Position numbers and translations under genes: made by a program. A stretch of DNA of 64,000 nucleotides from Hypanus sabinus (taxonomy: Eukaryota), in the NCBI RefSeq assembly GCF_030144855.1, contig NC_082731.1:22692001-22756000 (forward strand). The letters run 5' to 3'. The first letter of the stretch is position 1. Each line of letters begins with the position of its first letter. Of this stretch, positions 1 to 12,427 are shown piece by piece. Under the pieces are notes generated by a model. That model saw nothing but the letters and a program-made list of their open reading frames with translations. It searched no databases and had not been told where the DNA came from.

Positions 1-3000
1 GCAAGCCTCAGGTGACTAAAAATGGAGAGGTGTCGAAGAACTTAGGAGAGACTCAGTGAGAGAACGGACTCGGGTCTCTGGAGGAACTCGTTCCCAGAAA
101 TCAGCAAGGGGACCACCAAACGCCCAAGCCTTTATTTCAGCTGGGCTGGTTGGACCCCGTTCCAGCATGTGCCTACGGATAGAAGGAGTTTCTGCAAAAG
201 CCATCCTCGACACAGGATCGCAGGTTAACTTATTGTACATGTCGTTCTACAAAAAATATCTAAAGCACTTGCCAGTAACCCCATTTCACCCCCTGGAGAT
301 TTGGGGTGTAAGTGAGGGCAATTATCCATACGATAAGGACTTGTCAGAGAGATTACAATTCTCGGAGGGCGATGTGACAGCGTCTGAAGCTACTCAGACG
401 CTGCTATTGGTTTGTCTGGAACCGGTGGAAACAGGTGGCGCTTCTCTTTTGCTCGGGACTAACTCCCCTCCTGTGCACGGCTCGTCGGGGGCCTGTAAAG
501 AGAAGGCGGCGAGAACATTCTGGAGACCCTGTCGGTACCCCCAGTGTTTCGAGCAGTGTTTGAATAAGTGACCCCCGATGGCTATATCTTGAGTGCGAAC
601 GTGGGACGGTGTGGTTTACGCAGACGATGTCTAAAGTGATAGGGCCAAGGCTCAACTGATGGGGATCCCCAGATTCCCCGGAGTGCCGGCGGGCGAAGCC
701 CTGTTTGTAGACGCCCCGGAAGATCTCGAGGGGGAGTAACGATTTCCGGCGGGGGTGCTAGTTAGGTCCGAAGTGCCATGGCCGGCGGAGGAAAATGGGA
801 GGCAGATAGCCGTGAGGGTCAGGAACACTACGGAGAGAGAAATCGCCGTTAAGAGAGGGATGCTGCTGGCACATTTGGTCCCCAGTGACGGTAATGGGAC
901 TGTGAGGCCCATGAAGGGGGAAGCTTTGGCAAACCGGAAAGCTGAGCGCTGAGTCCGTTAACTTTGGGGATTCTCCTGTGCCGCCGGCATGGAAAGGCAG
1001 GCTGGTGGAGAAGATGTTGAAGCGATGAATGTTGTTTTTTATTTTATTTTGCTCTTGGCAAGTTGATGTGGTTTGCACCAAGAGCACTCGCCATACCATC
1101 GGAGTGACTGAGGAAAGCTCGTCCAGAGAGAGGTCACGGAGACTGGCCACAGTAGATATGTAAGACTTGCGGCAGCATTTGTGCAAGTTGAAGGAAGCTG
1201 GAATCATTGCTGATTCCCGAAGCCCCTATGCTTCCCCAATAGTATTGGTCCGGAAGAAGAACGGAAGGGTACACAACTGCGTGCACTATAGGACCTTGAA
1301 CCGGCGCACTGTCCCTGAACACTATACCGTTCCAAAGGTCCAAGAGGCGCTGCGCTGCCTCAGTGGAGCGAAGTGGTTTACTGTGCTGGACTTAAGGAGT
1401 GGATATTACCATATCCCGATTAGTTAGGCCGATAAAGAGAAGACGGCCTATATCCTCCCACAGGGTTTTCTTCAAATCGAACGAATGCCCCAAGGCAAAT
1501 TGGGGGTCTCAGCCACCTTCCAGAGGCTCATGGTGAGGACTGTGGGGGAAATGAACATGGTCGAAGTGTTGGTGTATCTGGATGATCTTATAGTGTTTGC
1601 ATCTACATTGGAGGATCATGAGGAGAGGCTGCAGTAGGTCTTAAGCCCGTCTTAAGGAGGAATGGTTGAAACATTCACTGGACAAATGCCAGTTCCGTAA
1701 GCCGTCGGTCGGCTATGCTGGCCACATAATTTCGCGAGAAGGAGTGGCTACTGATCAGACTAAGATAGTCGCAGTGACCACCTTGCCGTGATCCCAGAAG
1801 TTGAGCGCACTACGCTCGTTTTTGGGGTTCTGTGGGTATTACCGGCGATTCGTGAAAGGATACACTAAGGATATACTATTATGTGGCAATCCCCCAGTGG
1901 GCAAAAAAAGAAGGGGGATCGAGGGCAATAAACAGGAGGGTTCTGGAACCCGGCGGAGACTTTTGGATCGAGATGGGTTGACAAATGTGAGGAAGCGTTC
2001 CAACCTCTGAAAAGGGCTCTTACCCAGGGCCCGATGTTAGCTTTTCCCGATCCCCAGAAGCCGTATGTGTTAAGCACTGATGTCAGTCTAGTAGGTCGAG
2101 GGGCTGTTCTGTACCAGGAACAGAGCAACGCATTGGGACAGGTGGCGTTTGTCAGACGAAGTTTGTTGCCATCTGAGAGAAACTATCCCACTGACAAGTT
2201 GGAGTTCCTGACGTTGAAATGGGCGGTGGTAGACAAGTTTCTCGACTATCTACACGGGGCCAAGTTTAAGGTGAGAACGAATAACAATCCTCTCACTTAT
2301 ATCCTGACTTCAGCGAAACTGAATTCCACAGTCCATCGGTGTTTGGCAGCTTTGTCGGTATATGACTTCAGCCTGAAGTACAGGCCGGGAAGCAGGAATG
2401 TCGATTCGGGATGCATTGTCACGTCCGGAACATGGGGAAACGGAGACGGACGAGGAGTGGGAGAGAATTCCTGCCCCTGGTGTGAAAACCATGTGTCAGT
2501 TTGCTCTCACCGTGAAGGCCAAGGAAAAGGGAAGTCGGAGCGAGCCGTGGACACACTGGGGGCTTCTGATGACGCCGGGCCCCCGGTTTACTGTGGCCAG
2601 ACAGCACTGAAGACTAAACAGTTTACGGAACTATGTCCGGGGAAGTGGCAGCTGTTCAACGAAATGACCTAGGCATTGGCACTGTGGGGAGGGCGGTGGA
2701 GAAGGATGATGTGGCGTGGGCAGATAAGACGAAACAAGCTTCAGCGCCTTTGTTACTGAAGGAATATCCTTGGTTAAAGTCTTGTAACGGACCACGTCGC
2801 CTCCGGACCACCGCTGGCGTTGGCAGTTGGTCATGCCTGAGAAATATCGGAAGACTGTGAGCCAGGCACTGCATTTGGGCATTTCGGAGTGGAAAAGAGC
2901 TATGGACTACTCAAGGACCGGTTTTACTGGCTCGGAACGAGGGTTGGGGGGAATGAAGAATACTGTAGAAAGAGCAGTTTTTGAATCAGGAGGAAGACCC

Positions 3001-4512
3001 TGCTTGCGCAGGCCGCCCCTTTATCACACTTACAGACTGCGGGACGCCTGGACATGATGTTTATGGATTTCCTGTCTATTGAGATAGACACCAACAACAC
3101 CCCGAATGTCTTGCTCATCACGGATCTCTACGCTCGATATGCTCAAGCGTTTACCGCTCAGGATCAGAAAACGAAGACGGTTGTTAAGGTGTTACGGGAC
3201 AAGTACTTTGTTCATTATGGCCTTCCCAGGGGGATCCATAGTGATCAGGGACGGGAGTTCGAGTGTCGACTTATCCATGAATTATTGTGTATGCTTGGGG
3301 GTGAGAAATCCGGGAACACACCCTATAATCCTCAGGGTAATCCTCAGCCTGAGAGGTTTAACCGGACCCTGTTGCAAATGCTCGGGACTCTGGAAATAGA
3401 TTAGAAAAGTAAGTGGAGTCGGTACATCGGGCATTTGGTTTACTGTTACAATTGTACTCGCAATGACACCACAGGGTACGTGCCTTATTATCTGATGTTC
3501 GGGCGGGAAGCGAGGTTGCCCATTGACTTGTGTTTTTGGACTGAGGCGGGTGAATTACCTTCGAAGCCATTCATGAAGTATGTGTCCAACATGAGGAGAG
3601 TTTCAAAGGGCGTACGAGTTGGCTGAGGGGGAGGCCACCAAGCAGAATCAGAGGAATGAGAGGAGGTTTGATCAGAAAGTGAACTTCGCCGAACTTCTGT
3701 CGGGTGACCGACTCCTTATACGAAATTTAGGACTACCTGGTAAGCACAAGTTTGCGGATCGCTGGGCGGCCGTCCCCTATGTGGTATGGAGCCAGATGCC
3801 GAATCTACCTTTTTACCGAGTGAAACCCGAAGGTGGGAAAGGGCCTCTCATAATACTCCATCGCAACCACCTGTTGTCCATGGGTTAATAAGTGCAGGTG
3901 GATCAAGAGCTCGAGAGTGAGGCTACGCCTAGTACGAGGAATCCGCGAGGGCGCGGGGCGAGGGAAAAGCCTGCTGCGTAAGAGACGGGACCGGTCGTCA
4001 GCACGGAAGAGGATACTGCTTCAGAAGACGACGATTCAGGTGTGTGGAACCTGTTTCCGTTCTCTAATTTCCCAGCACCGGAAGAAAAGTCATCTGGCTC
4101 TTACCCCGCTGAGTACGGTCAGAGGAAGAAGGGGGTTGAGGGGCAGACTGTGTAGGGTCAGACTGAGATTCAGACGGCATTGGGGGGAGAGAAGATGGAA
4201 GCCGAACACGAGGCAAAAGGCTCACAGGTGAAGAGACACCTGTGTGACAGAGGGTGAGGTTCCAACAGGTAGATTCCTGGTTGTCTCCCATGGTGTCTGA
4301 GCCGGAAGGGTCGGCAGAGGAGATCCGGAATTCTCAGAGAAGTAGGCACCCCACGGAGCCATTCACTTCCGGAAGAACCGAATGTGATCTCTACCGCTCT
4401 GGGAAGATATGTCACTGATTTCTGCACCTGTATTGGGTTTTTTGTTTTGCAATAAGCATTGTGGAAATCTATTAATGTCATGAGTGCATGGCGTATGTTG
4501 GTGGGGAGAGAG
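1..4512 (+). mobile_element. Ty3/Gypsy LTR retrotransposon internal region, decayed pol (protease, RT, RNase H, integrase); 5' part lies outside the window
   Basis: Fragments occur in Gypsy order: protease AILDTGSQV (ORF 56-571); RT SPYASPIVLVRKKNG...YRTLNRRT...LDLRSGYYHI (1167-1427) and VYLDDLIVF (about 1575-1600); RNase H LRSFLGFCGYYRRFV and YPTDKLEFLTLKWAV (1801-2400); integrase IHSDQGREFE...PYNPQGNPQPERFNRTL (3054-3404); GPY/F-like tail (3619-3888). Many stops and frameshifts. Confidence 0.95.
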
Positions 4513-5132
4513 TGTAAAGCCGTCTTCCGTTACGGCGTATGTTAATCGTAACGGCCACTTTGTTAAGTAAAAGTAGGGATGATTCTTTGTTATGGTAACT
4601 GGTGAGAGAAGTTTTTTTTTTTTTGTCTCGCAGCTTGCTTGGGTTATGATTACTGATAATGAGAATTGTATTCTTTTCTTAACAATTGAGAATGGCGTCA
4701 TTCTTTCTTGTGGCTCTGTGAGCTGAGTTTTTGCGGATTTTTGGGACTTGAAGAGAAGATCGCGAGGAAGGTGGACGGTGCTGGAGGCGTTCTGGGCGAT
4801 CGGTGAGGGTAGCCCCAAGCGCGCGGATCGTGGAGGTCGGAGAAAATCGATTAGTGGACCAAAGACTTCGGTGGTTGAGCTCCAGCTACTGTGCACTAAT
4901 TGACTGAACCCTGATAAGTTCTGGCGCCTTTTCGTTCCTTTCTTTTCTTTCATATACATTGTATCGCTATTAATCAAGTAGTCTGTGAACGTACATGTTG
5001 TGCGGTTTGATATTGTGTGTGAGAGTTTGTATTAGTGTGCACTTTACAGCATCCACGTATACGGGAGGCGCGGTTTGCCGCGTGGTCGTATTTCCACCTA
5101 GACATTCACCAGCTGATTGCGATTCCGTTACG
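4513..5132 (+). mobile_element. 3' LTR of the Gypsy element
   Basis: A polypurine tract GTGGGGAGAGAG (4501-4512) is followed directly by TGTAAAG. The architecture and the AGCATCxACG block resemble the LTR at 39961-40424. The 3' end is uncertain (CTTTACA at 5048 or CCGTTACG at about 5132). Confidence 0.7.
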
Positions 5133-6155
5133 ATAGCAAAGATGAGCGGGAAGCCAGAGGAATGGGAAACTTTTAAAGAACAACAGAAGATAACTAAACA
5201 GGCAATACTGGAAGAAAAGCTGAGGTACGAAGGTAAACTAGCCAGGAATTTAAAGGAGTATTGTAAACACTTCTTTTGCATGTGAAGAGGAAACAATTAG
5301 TTAAGACCAAAGTTCGGCTCATTTAAGTTAGAAACTGGTCGATTTATTATGGGGAACAAGGAAATGGCTAAACAGGTACTTTGGATCTGACTTCTCCAGT
5401 GAAGACACAGACAATCGTCCAGATGTAATCGTAGCCAGAAGAGTTAGGGTAACCGAAGAACTGAAGGAAATACATATTAGGCAGAAAATGGTGTTTGGTA
5501 GACTGATGGGACTGAAAGTTGGTAAATCCCCAGGGCATGATGGTCTGAATCCCAGTATACTTTAGGAGGTGAATCCAAAATTCGAGGTTGCATTGTTAAT
5601 TATTTTACAATGTTCTATAGATTCAGGATCAGTTCTTGAGAACTCTAGGGTAGCTAATGTTATCCCTCGTCTTATGAAAGGAGGGAGAGAGTAAACAGAA
5701 AATTATAGAACAGTTATCCTGACATCAGTGGTGCGGCAGATGCTGGAGTTAATTATAACATGTGAAATAGTGGCACATTTGGTTAGAGGTAACAGGATCG
5801 GTCCGAGTCAGCATGGACTTACGAAGGGAAAGTCATGATTGACTAATCTTCTGGAATTTATTGTGGATGTATCTCTGAATCTATGTATCTATGTGAAGGT
5901 TCAGGAGGTTGATTCCCGTGATGGCGGGACTGGTACAGGTTGAAAGGTTGGAGCGACTGGGCTTGCATACACTGGAATTTAGAAGGATGAAAGATGATAT
6001 TGCAACATATAAGATTATTAAGGGATTGGGCACGCGAGACGTTGTTCTCGATGTTGGGGGTGTCCAGAACCAAAGACCACAGTTTAAAGGGCAGGCGATT
6101 TAGAACGAAGCTCAGGGAAACGTTTTCACCCAGGGAGTTGTGGATCTATGGAATG
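5133..6155 (+). mobile_element. CR1 LINE ORF2 fragments, degenerate
   Basis: GKPEEWETFKEQQKITKQAI, a KSPG.DG-type motif, NYRTVILTS and LHTLEFRRMKDD are CR1 RT pieces, with internal deletions. Confidence 0.85.
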
Positions 6156-7359
6156 TGACAGAAACTTAGTGCTAGAGAGTGAAGAGAAGTTTTTTTTTGA
6201 AGGGATAAACAAATGTTGATTTGTCTTTAAGGGGAAATCAAAGAATCAGACAGGAATAGACATGCATGTCGAGTCCCAGATTGTTAACGAGGCAGAATAG
6301 TTTCCTATCGCTAGAATGCAGAAGGCATGAGAGGAAGAGAGCGTGTATGTAATGGAAAACAGGAAATTACAGAGAGATACGTAGTAGACAAAGGGAGAGA
6401 CAAACGATGAAAACGACAGGTAGATAATGTGGGTCGAGAGAGAGGGAGTAAAAGAATAACAGAGGATCAGGGAAAACAGGGAGAGAGAGGTTTGGAGAAA
6501 GAGACGATCTGTATTTTAAAAAGAGAAAATTAACAAACTGATCGATATATTAAGGAACCAGAATGAGACAATAGATAATGGGGAGATTATGATGGCTAGA
6601 GGAAGGGACAGCCCTGGAGCTATAATGCTATCGATACTGCTAGAGAATGAACGGGAGTAGAAATAAACAGTAAGATGTACAAGGATATTTACGTACGTAG
6701 AAAATAAGAGGAAGGGGGAGAGAGTTTCAGCAAGATGGAGACGAAGGAGGAAGACCTATATCAGCAGAGCTCATGTACTCATGGGTGGTCGAAAGTTCTG
6801 GTCTCTTTCATCAGGGAGGACCGAGAAGCGTATCCGCCTCAGTGTCAGTCAAGTTTCGGTTCATTTGATGGTTGAGAACGGAACGGCAAAATATTGAAGT
6901 GTACGTACTTGAAAGGGTATGCTCCGTTTATTCAGCATCTTGAGATCTGCCTGACTTATCGGCTGCAGTATATCCGATATTCTCCAGAATATTTGGGCTA
7001 GGTTTATGGCGAGCTGTAGAAAAATTGAATGATAACATATTAACATTTTAGAGCAATTTATGTCGTATTGCGCCTTATATCAGCAGGCCGTCGAACTCAA
7101 CCTTTCGCAGCGGGTATAACTATAACGCAACCGTGGGTGTTGCTAAGCTCAGTTAGCACTAAAACATCAACAGACAGCGAATGAAGGAATAAGCGTATAT
7201 GAGCACACACAGACACACACAAACATATGCGCGCGCGCGAGCACGAGTTCTAATAGAGACAAACATACAAATACAAATACAAATACAGACAGTTCCACGG
7301 TGACGTAGTCAACATATTTTAGCATTTTTTGCCTCAATGGGAAATCCCATTTTATGTGT

Positions 7360-10300
7360 AGAGAAAAATAGAAACATAGAAAATAGGTGGTGGAGCAGGC
7401 CATTCGGCCCTTCGAGCCTGAACCGCCATTCAGTATTATCATGGCTGATCATCCAACTCAGAACCTATACCTGCTTTCTCTCCATACCCCCGATCCCTTT
7501 AGCCACAATGGTTATATCTAACTTCCTCTGAAATATAGCCAATTAACTGGCCTCAACTGTTTCCTGAGACAGAGAATTCTACAGATTCACCACTCTCTGT
7601 GTGAAGAAGTTTTTCCTCATCTCGGTCCTAAAAGGCTTCCCCTTTATCCTTATATTGTGATCCGTCGTTCTGGGCTTCCCCAACGTCGGACACAATCTTC
7701 CTGCATCTAGCCTGCCCAAATCCATTAGAATTTTATACGTTTCTATAAGATCCCCCCTTAATCTTCTAAATTCCAGTGAGTATAAGCCTAGTCGATCCAA
7801 TCATTCTTCATATGAAAGTCCTGCCATCCCAGGAATCAATCTCGTAAACCTTCATTGTACTCCCTCTGTGGCAAGAATGTCTTTCCTTAGATTAGAGGAC
7901 CAAAACCAAAATTCTAGCTGCGGTCTCACCAAGGCCTGGTAGAACTGCAGTAGAACCTCCCTGCTCCTGTAATCAAATCCTTTTGCTTTGAATGCCAACA
8001 TACCATTTGCCTATTTCACCGCCTGCTGTACGTGCATGTCTGGTGTACAATGACACTGAGGTCTCGTTGCAACTCCCCTTTTCCTAATTGGCCACCGTTC
8101 AGATTATAAACTGTTTTCCTGTTCTTGCAACCAAAGTGGATAACATCACATTTATCCACATTAATTTGCATCTGCCATGAACTTGCACACTCACCTTACC
8201 CATCCAAGTCACACTGCATGTTCTTAGCATCCTCCTCACAGCTAACACCGCCGCCCAGCTTCGTGTCATCCGCAAACCTGGAGATGCTGTATTTAATTCC
8301 CTCGTCTAAATCATTAATAAATATTGTAAACAACTGGGGTCACAGCACTGAACCTTGCGGTACCCCACTAGACACTGCCTGCCATTCTGAAAACGTCTCC
8401 TTTACTCCCACACTTTGCTTCCTGTCAGCCAAACTATTCTCTTTCCACATCAATACCATACCCCCAATACCGGGTGCTTTAAGTTTGCACACTAATCTCC
8501 TTTGTGGGACCTTGTCAAAAGCCTTTTGAAAATCTAAATATACCACATCCGCTGGCTCCCCACTGTCCACTCTACTAGTTACATCTTCAAAAAATTCGAT
8601 GAGATTCGTCAGACATTATTTTCCTTTCACTAATCCATGCTGATTTTGCCAGATGATTGCAACTCTTTCCAAATGTGCTGTTATCACATCTTTGAAAACC
8701 GACCCGAACATTGTCCCCAATATAGATGTCAAACTCACCGGTCTATAATTCCCCGGTTTTTCTCTCCCTCATTTTTTTTTTAAATGGGGTTACATTAGCC
8801 ACCCTCCAGTCCTCAGGAACTAATTCAGAATCTAATGTGTTTTGAAAAATTATCACTAATGTATCCACTGTTGCTTAGGCTACTTCCTTAAGCACTCTGG
8901 GATGCAGACCATCTGGCCCTAGAGATTTATCTGCCTTTAATCCCTTCAATTTCCCTAACACCACTTCTCAACCAACATGTATTTCGCTCAGTTCCTCAAT
9001 CTCAGTAGACCATTGGTGCCCCAATATTTCCGGAAGATTAATTATGTCCCCTTAGAGAAGACAAAACTAAAGTAGGTATTCAACTGGTCTGCCATGCCAT
9101 GGTTCCCTATGATCAATTCACCTGTTTCTGACTGTGAGGGACCTTCATTTGTCCTGACCAATCTTTTTCTTTTCACATATATAAAAAAGCTTTTAGAGTC
9201 CGCTTTTTTATGTTCCCTGGCAGCTTTCTTTCATTATTTTTTCCCTTTCCTAATTAAGCCATTTTTTCTCCTGTGCTGGTCTCTGAATTTCTCCCAGTCC
9301 TCAGGAGTAGCGTTTTTTTTTTTTTTTGCTAATTTATTCGTTTCTTCTTTGGACTTGATGCTACCCCTATTTTCCCTTCTCAGCCACGGGTGCACTACCT
9401 TCCCTGGTTTATAATTTTGCCAAACTGGGATGAACAATTGTAGTTCATCCATGTGATATTTAAATGCTTGCCATTGCCTGTCCACAGTCAACACTTTAAG
9501 TATAATTTGCCAGTCTATCTTAGCTAATTCACGTCATACTTCCAACGTTACCCTTCTTTAAGTTCAGAACCTTTGTTTCTGAATTAACTATGTCACTCTT
9601 CATCTTAATGAAGAATTCCACATATTATGTTCACCTTTCCCAAGGGGCCTCGCACGACAAAATTGCTATCTAATCTTTCCTCATTGCTGAGTCCCCAACT
9701 GGAATGGCCTGCTGTCTAGCTGGTTCCCCGACAGGTTGATTCAGAACACCATCCGGCATACATTCCACGAAATCCTCTTCCTCAGCACCCTTACCAATTT
9801 GGTTCACCCAATCAACACGTAGATTGAAATCACCCAATATAACTATTGTTCCTTTCTTACACGCATTTCTAATTTCCTGTTTACTGCCATCCCCAACCTC
9901 ACTACCACTGTTAGGTGGCCTGTACACAACGCCCACCAGCGTTTTCTGCCCCTTAGTGATATGCAGCTCTACCCATATCGAATCCACATCCTCCAGGCTA
10001 ATGTCCTTCCTATCAATTGCGTTAATCCCCTCTCTATCAAGCAATGTTACCCCACCTCTTATTCTTTATGTCTATCCCTCCTGAATATTGAATATCTCTG
10101 GATATTGAGCTCCCATCCTTGGTCCCTGGAGCCATGTCTCTGTGATCCCAACTATATCATATTCATTAATAACTATCTGCTCATTCAATTCATCCACCTT
10201 GTTACGAATGCTCCTCGCATTGACACAGAAAGCCTTCAAGCTTGTTTTTACAACTCTCTTTGCCCTTATAGAATTATGTTCAAAATCCCTTTTTGCTTTT

Positions 10301-11587
10301 TGCCCTAGATTTGCCTGCCTGCCATTTTACGTTTCACCTTAATACTTTTTGCTTCTAACCTCATTTTACTCCCCTTTGTCTCTCTGCACTTTTTCCATGC
10401 CACGGCACATTAGTCTAAATCCTCCTGAACAGCAGTAGCAAACGCTCCACCTACAGCATTGGATCCAGTCTAGCCCAGGTGCAGACCGTACTTATTATAC
10501 CGGTCTCACCTCCCCCAGAACTGGTTCCAATGCCCCAGAAATTTGAGTCTCTCCCCTTGTACCATTTGTCAAGCGACGTATTCATCTGAAATATCTCACT
10601 GATAGTAATCCAGAGATTATTACCTTTGTGGTCTAACTTTTTAGTTTATCTCCTAACTCTCTAATACACCCTGTAGGACCTCATCCCGTTTTTTAACTAT
10701 ATCGTTGATACCTATGTACACCCCGACCACTGGCCGTTCACCCTCCCATTCCAGAATGTCCTGCAGCCGCTCAGAGACATCCTTGACCCTTGCACCAGAA
10801 AGGCAACATACCATCCCGGAGTCTCGTTTGTGGCCGCAGAAACGCCTATTTATTCCCCTTACAATTGAATCCCCTATCACTATTGCCCTCCCACTGCTTT
10901 TCTTCCCTCCTGTGCCGTAGAGCCACCCATGGTGTAATGAACTCGGCTGCGTCTGCCTTCCCCTGATGAGACATCTTCCCCCAACAGTATCCAAAACAGT
11001 ATATCTGTTTAGGAGCGAGATGGGCTCACGGGACTCCTGTATTACCTGCCGACTGCTACGCTCTCTAGTGCCCACCCCTTCACTTTCTGCCAGTGTCGCC
11101 TTTACCTGCGGTGTGGCCAACTCACTAAACGTGCGATTCATGACTTTATCAGCATCGCGGATGCTCCAGTAGGAATCCAATGGCAGCTCCAGACTCTCAA
11201 TGCGGTCGGCCAGAAGCTGCAGCTGGACACACTTCCTGCACATATAGTCCTCAGGGGCACTGGAAGCATCCCTGATTTCCCGCATGCTGCAGGATGAACA
11301 AACCACGGGACCGATCTCAGCTGCCATGACCTACTCAATACGTTGTCTCAACTTTCGAAACCTTCTCCTTTGAAAGGAACTTACCCGGCCCTACATCACT
11401 TGGAGTGAATCTTGTCCTCAGCCTCTGCTCGCCGAGGCCTCTCGAGACAAAGCCTGCTTACGCTGTCTCTCTCTAATCTGTCGCCCGCTCCGTCTACTCT
11501 TCTCTTTAAATACTCCAGCTGCCTCACGGTCCGACTTACATGCGCTTGCGCAGTCTTGCCCCCGTTAAACTGCCGAGGAACTGTAGC
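7360..11587 (-). mobile_element. Near full-length CR1 LINE inserted upstream of V1
   Basis: The 3' tail reads ATAGAAACATAGAAAATAGG on + at about 7368-7390. RT fragments are DVVYLDFQKAFDKVP...SGVPQGSVL (8340-8570) and LYSLEFRRLRGDLIETYKIL (7579-7800). The endonuclease fragment is LVGVVYRPPNS...ILGDFN (9670-10044). ORF1 is at 10653-11327. The flanks are contiguous in cassettes 2 and 3. Confidence 0.93.
10653..11327 (-). CDS. CR1 ORF1 protein (zinc-finger-like Cys cluster plus SGNH esterase domain), probably truncated by a premature stop
   Basis: The 224-aa ORF has CSSC...CRKC, then AIVIGDSIVRG, CCLSGARVKDV and YIGINDI, which are the esterase blocks of CR1 ORF1. Confidence 0.8.
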   Translation of the reverse strand: MAAEIGPVVCSSCSMREIRDASSAPEDYMCRKCVQLQLLADRIESLELPLDSYWSIRDADKVMNRTFSELATPQVKATLAESEGVGTRERSSRQVIQESREPISLLNRYTVLDTVGGRCLIRGRQTQPSSLHHGWLYGTGGKKSSGRAIVIGDSIVRGINRRFCGHKRDSGMVCCLSGARVKDVSERLQDILEWEGERPVVGVYIGINDIVKKRDEVLQGVLES

Positions 11588-11860
11588 TTATGTGTCCGAA
11601 ACCGAATGATGTGTGAAATTTGCCCTTGTAGTTATCGGTGTTTTGCTGAAGATCGGCAAGAAACATTCTTTTACTATTTCCACCGTATATTTCTTTGGCA
11701 AGTCGATGGACAAGCATGGAAAAAAATGTCTTTCCGAGAGCTGCAGGCTTATGTCCTTAGAGAGGTGTCTCAGTCACGGAACGTGGTGTGAAGATGTCCC
11801 CTTGAGTTAGATGGACCTACCGCATCTTAGGCAACAGGCGGAGCATTTAAATGGAGGCTG

Positions 11861-11930
11861 CGTTCCCATTGGGCGCTTTTCGTTTCCTGCACATTATAGC
11901 ACTTAAACAGAAGAATCGGAAAGTTCTGAA
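11861..11930 (+). promoter_or_regulatory. Putative V1 core promoter block
   Basis: ATTGG (11868), an ETS-like TTTCCTG (11883), TTATAGCACTTAAA and CGGAAAGTTCT occur in the same order and spacing upstream of all three V leaders. Confidence 0.55.
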
Positions 11931-11982
11931 TTCTGGTGAAAATTGGTTGAGGAGAAAATCATTCAACCAATTCTTCATAAAA

Positions 11983-12427
11983 ATGATGAGGAGTTTCGTC
12001 ATCTAGACTGTGTGTGGGGTCTGGTTAACTGGTCTGTACGCAGAAAGCTATTAAAACGTTTTCTCGAAACTCAATTCTGAAGAAAATAAATTACGCCAAT
12101 ATGCTTTGACTTTATTTTTAGATACACGTCATGGAAAATCTGTCATTCAGGCAATGACACCAGAAATAAAGACAGAAGAAGAGGCTGTGACTTTCAGCTG
12201 CAGCAATGATACAACATGAGGCAGCTATTATTTATATTGGTATCGACAAAGGCCAGAGCAAATTCTCCAGTACATATTGTACAGAGAATCTGTTGGATAA
12301 GAATATAAATCTGAATTTGTTCAAAGGCGCTTCAAAACCTCACTGGACAGTGGAAGAAAGTTATTAGTGTCACCAACTCAAAGCTGCAAATGAGCGACTA
12401 CGCAGTTTGTTGCTGTGCCCTAAGCCG
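11983..12427 (+). pseudogene. TRDV: TCR V-delta/alpha pseudogene V1 (leader 11983-12031, intron 12032-12121, V exon 12122-12427)
   Basis: GT-AG intron in phase 1. The V exon has AVTFSC...YYLYWYRQRP...SKLQMSD. Lesions: TAG in the leader (12004-12006), TGA in CDR1 (12217-12219), TAA in CDR2 (12298-12300), and a 1-nt deletion near 12362 (306 nt versus 307 nt in the paralogs). TRAV cannot be excluded. Confidence 0.92.

Noticed and set aside
4363-4977. 204-aa antisense ORF
   Set aside because: It lies across the Gypsy 3' end and LTR, is low complexity and has no domain; treated as incidental.
6869-7000. WLRTERQNIEVYVLER and D.SAAVY words in the upstream block, resembling V FR2 and FR3
   Set aside because: The spacing is far too short for a V domain, there is no Cys23 or Cys104, and the frames are not conserved among the three copies.
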